DNA of 64,000 nucleotides, from NCBI GenBank assembly GCA_963702475.1, contig CAVPCT010000005.1, positions 224,001-288,000 of the forward strand. Direction: 5' to 3'. Below, piece by piece: positions 61,682-64,000 of this stretch; the first letter of the stretch is position 1; every line of letters starts with the position of its first letter. The position numbers were made by a program, and so were the translations under genes. Below the pieces are notes generated by a model. It had not been told where the DNA came from. It saw only the letters and a program-made list of their open reading frames with translations, and did not search any database. This DNA comes from an uncultured Thermoleophilia bacterium (GTDB lineage Bacteria; Actinomycetota; Thermoleophilia; UBA2241).

Positions 61682-63247
61682 GTGGAGCACCTGTCCTACC
61701 CCATCGAGAGCGGCGATTACGCCGGCGCGGGCGCGGCCTCGCGTGACCTCAAGCGGCACCTCAAGCGCATCGGCGCGGAGGCTGACTCGGTGCGCCGCGC
61801 CATGATCGCCGCCTACGAAGCCGAGATGAACGTGGTCATCCACACGTCGGGGGGCGGCCGCCTGGACGCCACCGTCACCAGCGGCCAGCTCGACGTGGAC
61901 GTGGTGGACCACGGGCCGGGCATCCCCGACGTGGACGCGGCCATGCGCGAGGGCTTCTCCACGGCGTCCGCGGAGGCGCGGGCGCTGGGCTTCGGCGCCG
62001 GTATGGGCCTGCCCAACATCGCCCGCAACAGCGACCGCGTGAAGGTCACCTCCACCGTGGGCCAGGGCACCAGGGTGAGCTTCACCGTCGCCCTGCGCCC
62101 GGAGGCCGCCGTACAGGGAACGCCGGCCTCGTCGCTGAGCACGGTGTCCGAGGTGTGTCGCGACTGCCGCCACTGCCTCGTCGCGTGTCCCACCGCCGCG
62201 CTCCGGGTGCGCGACGGACGGCCATCGGTGCTGCACCACCTGTGCATCGACTGCACGAGCTGCATCGCCGTGTGCGCGCCGGAGGCGCTCACGCTGCTGG
62301 ACGCAGCAGGCCCCCTCGAGGGCCACGGCGTGCTCGCCGTGCCGCCGGCCCTGCTCGCCGGCTTCGGCGACCACCCCGCCGCCACCGTGCTGGCGGAGCT
62401 CCGGGCGCTCGGCTTCGAGGAGGTCGTGTCCGTACACGGATACGAGGATGCCCTTCGCCGCGAGGTGCTCGACGTGGCCGCCACTGCCACGCCGCCGGCA
62501 CCCGTGATCTCGCCGGTGTGCCCGGCAGCAATGAACCTCATCGAGCTCCGCTTCCCGTCGCTGGTGCCGCACGTCGCGCCTCTCGCCTCCCCGTGGGAGG
62601 CGCTGCAGCGCGATCTCCACGGCCGCGAAGTCACCTACGTGGTGTCGTGCCCCAGCCAGCGCTCGGCGCTGCTTGCGCAGCTGCCCACCGACCAGCGCAG
62701 CACCGTGACCCCGCGCCGCGTGCGCGACGCCGTGCTGCCGCGGCTCACGGCTCGCCGCGACGGCGCCGATGGGCGCGGCGCGGCGCCGCGGCCGCAGGCG
62801 AGCGGCACCGACGACCTTCTGGTCGTGGACGGTGTGGCCCACGTGGTCGCCGTCCTGGAGCAGATCGAGGACGGCGTGCTGAGCGGCGTGAGCGCCGTGG
62901 AGCCCTACCTGTGCGACGGCGGGTGCTTCGGCTCCCCGCTTCTGGCGGAGGACGCGCGCGTGGCCGCGTGGCGCTGGACGGCCACGGCCGGCTTCGACGC
63001 CGCCGGCGGCAGCGCGGAACGGGCGCGCCCGTTCCGCCCGCGCCCCGGCGTCCGCCTGGACGACGACATGGCCGTGGCCATCCGCAAGCTCGGCGAGCTG
63101 GATGCCGAGACACGGGCGCTGCCCGGCAAGGACTGCGGCGTGTGTGGAGCACCCACCTGCGCCGCCCTCGCCGAAGACATCGTGATGGGCCGCGGCACCC
63201 GCGCGGCGTGTCCGTACGTGACCACGAAGGAGAGGAGCGACTCATGA
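61682..63247 (+). CDS. Anti-sigma-type HATPase fused to ferredoxin and [FeFe]-hydrogenase-like domain
   Basis: YEAEMN, DHGPGI, GAGMGL; two CxxCxxCxxxC; EPYLCDGGC; LPGKDCGVCG. Confidence 0.8.
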   Translation: MEHLSYPIESGDYAGAGAASRDLKRHLKRIGAEADSVRRAMIAAYEAEMNVVIHTSGGGRLDATVTSGQLDVDVVDHGPGIPDVDAAMREGFSTASAEARALGFGAGMGLPNIARNSDRVKVTSTVGQGTRVSFTVALRPEAAVQGTPASSLSTVSEVCRDCRHCLVACPTAALRVRDGRPSVLHHLCIDCTSCIAVCAPEALTLLDAAGPLEGHGVLAVPPALLAGFGDHPAATVLAELRALGFEEVVSVHGYEDALRREVLDVAATATPPAPVISPVCPAAMNLIELRFPSLVPHVAPLASPWEALQRDLHGREVTYVVSCPSQRSALLAQLPTDQRSTVTPRRVRDAVLPRLTARRDGADGRGAAPRPQASGTDDLLVVDGVAHVVAVLEQIEDGVLSGVSAVEPYLCDGGCFGSPLLAEDARVAAWRWTATAGFDAAGGSAERARPFRPRPGVRLDDDMAVAIRKLGELDAETRALPGKDCGVCGAPTCAALAEDIVMGRGTRAACPYVTTKERSDS

Positions 63248-63597
63248 AGCTCGACGAGATCGCCGCGACGCTCGACCTGACCCTGCTCACGCCCGAGACG
63301 CCGGCCCTGAAGGAGACCGACATCACCAGCGGGTACGCGTCGGACCTGCTCAGCGACGTGCTCGCGCACGCTCCCGAGGGCGGCCTGCTGGTCACGCTGC
63401 AGGTCCACCTCAACGTTATCGCCGTGGCGAGCCACGCCGAGCTGACCGCGGTCGTGTTCGCCGGCAACCGCCGTCCGGAGCCCGACGTCGTCGAGAAGGC
63501 CGCCGCCGAAGGCATCACCCTGTACGTGTCCTCACACGGTACCTTCGACCTGGTCGGGCGCCTGTACGGGCTCGGCGTGAAGGGATCCGATGCGTGA
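63244..63597 (+). CDS. DRTGG domain protein
   Basis: GYASDLLSDVL; ATGA overlap. Confidence 0.85.
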   Translation: MKLDEIAATLDLTLLTPETPALKETDITSGYASDLLSDVLAHAPEGGLLVTLQVHLNVIAVASHAELTAVVFAGNRRPEPDVVEKAAAEGITLYVSSHGTFDLVGRLYGLGVKGSDA

Positions 63598-64000
63598 ATG
63601 TCTGCTGGGCAGACCTGCACGTGCACACGGCGCTCTCGCCCTGCGCCGACGGCGAGATGACGCCGCCGGCCATCGTGAAGCGAGCGCTCGCTGAGGGCCT
63701 GGGCATGATCGCCGTCTGCGACCACAACAGCGCCCGCAACGCGGCGGCCGTCCAGGTGGCGGCCGGCGCACAACTCGCCGTGATCGCCGGCATGGAAGTG
63801 ACGACCGTCGAGGAGTGCCACGTGGTGGGCCTCTTCCCCGACGCCGAAGCCGCACAGGCGGCAGGCGCCGAGGTAGGGGCCACCCTGCCGGCCTCGGACG
63901 ACGGGTACGAGACCTTCTTCGGCGCGCAGCAGGTGATGGACGCGGCCGGCGCCGAGGTGGCCCGCGAGCGGCTCGCCCTGGCCACCGGCACGACACTGGA
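63594..64000 (+). CDS. PHP domain protein (runs off window end)
   Basis: DLHVHT, CDHN, GMEV; GTGA overlap. Confidence 0.85.
   Translation, partial: MNVCWADLHVHTALSPCADGEMTPPAIVKRALAEGLGMIAVCDHNSARNAAAVQVAAGAQLAVIAGMEVTTVEECHVVGLFPDAEAAQAAGAEVGATLPASDDGYETFFGAQQVMDAAGAEVARERLALATGTTL

Overview
High-GC bacterial chromosomal window, inferred to come from an anaerobic actinobacterium (Thermoleophilia-like gene content; not verified). Left to right: a divergent arsenic-resistance/thiol-redox cluster (arsP, acr3, arsR, thioredoxins, ccdA); a molybdoenzyme gene relic; an orphan pilin; GH18; three tandem paralogous membrane proteins; DUF362 and hemerythrin genes; ABC-F; mutY; three microproteins absent from the ORF track behind twin sigma70 promoters with Rex/CRP-type boxes; a PlsA/PlsR-like CoA-activase pair; an amidase; a radical SAM/SPASM enzyme; a c-di-GMP-I riboswitch ahead of a subtilase with a 13-fold Trp pentapeptide (KYKWT) tail coupled to a multi-TM PP2C phosphatase, with RsbW/STAS genes nearby; tRNA-Phe; trkA/APC-USP; hppA; mtnP; CoA-transferase; a polyphosphate cluster; Rrf2/NifU; housekeeping genes; and the start of a Rex-DRTGG/kinase-[FeFe]-hydrogenase-like regulatory operon. 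Best candidates for undescribed biology: (1) the riboswitch-subtilase repeat tail-membrane PP2C module, (2) the microprotein trio. Three genes carry apparent small-indel frameshifts that may be assembly errors. All family assignments are from motif recognition by eye; no searches were run.
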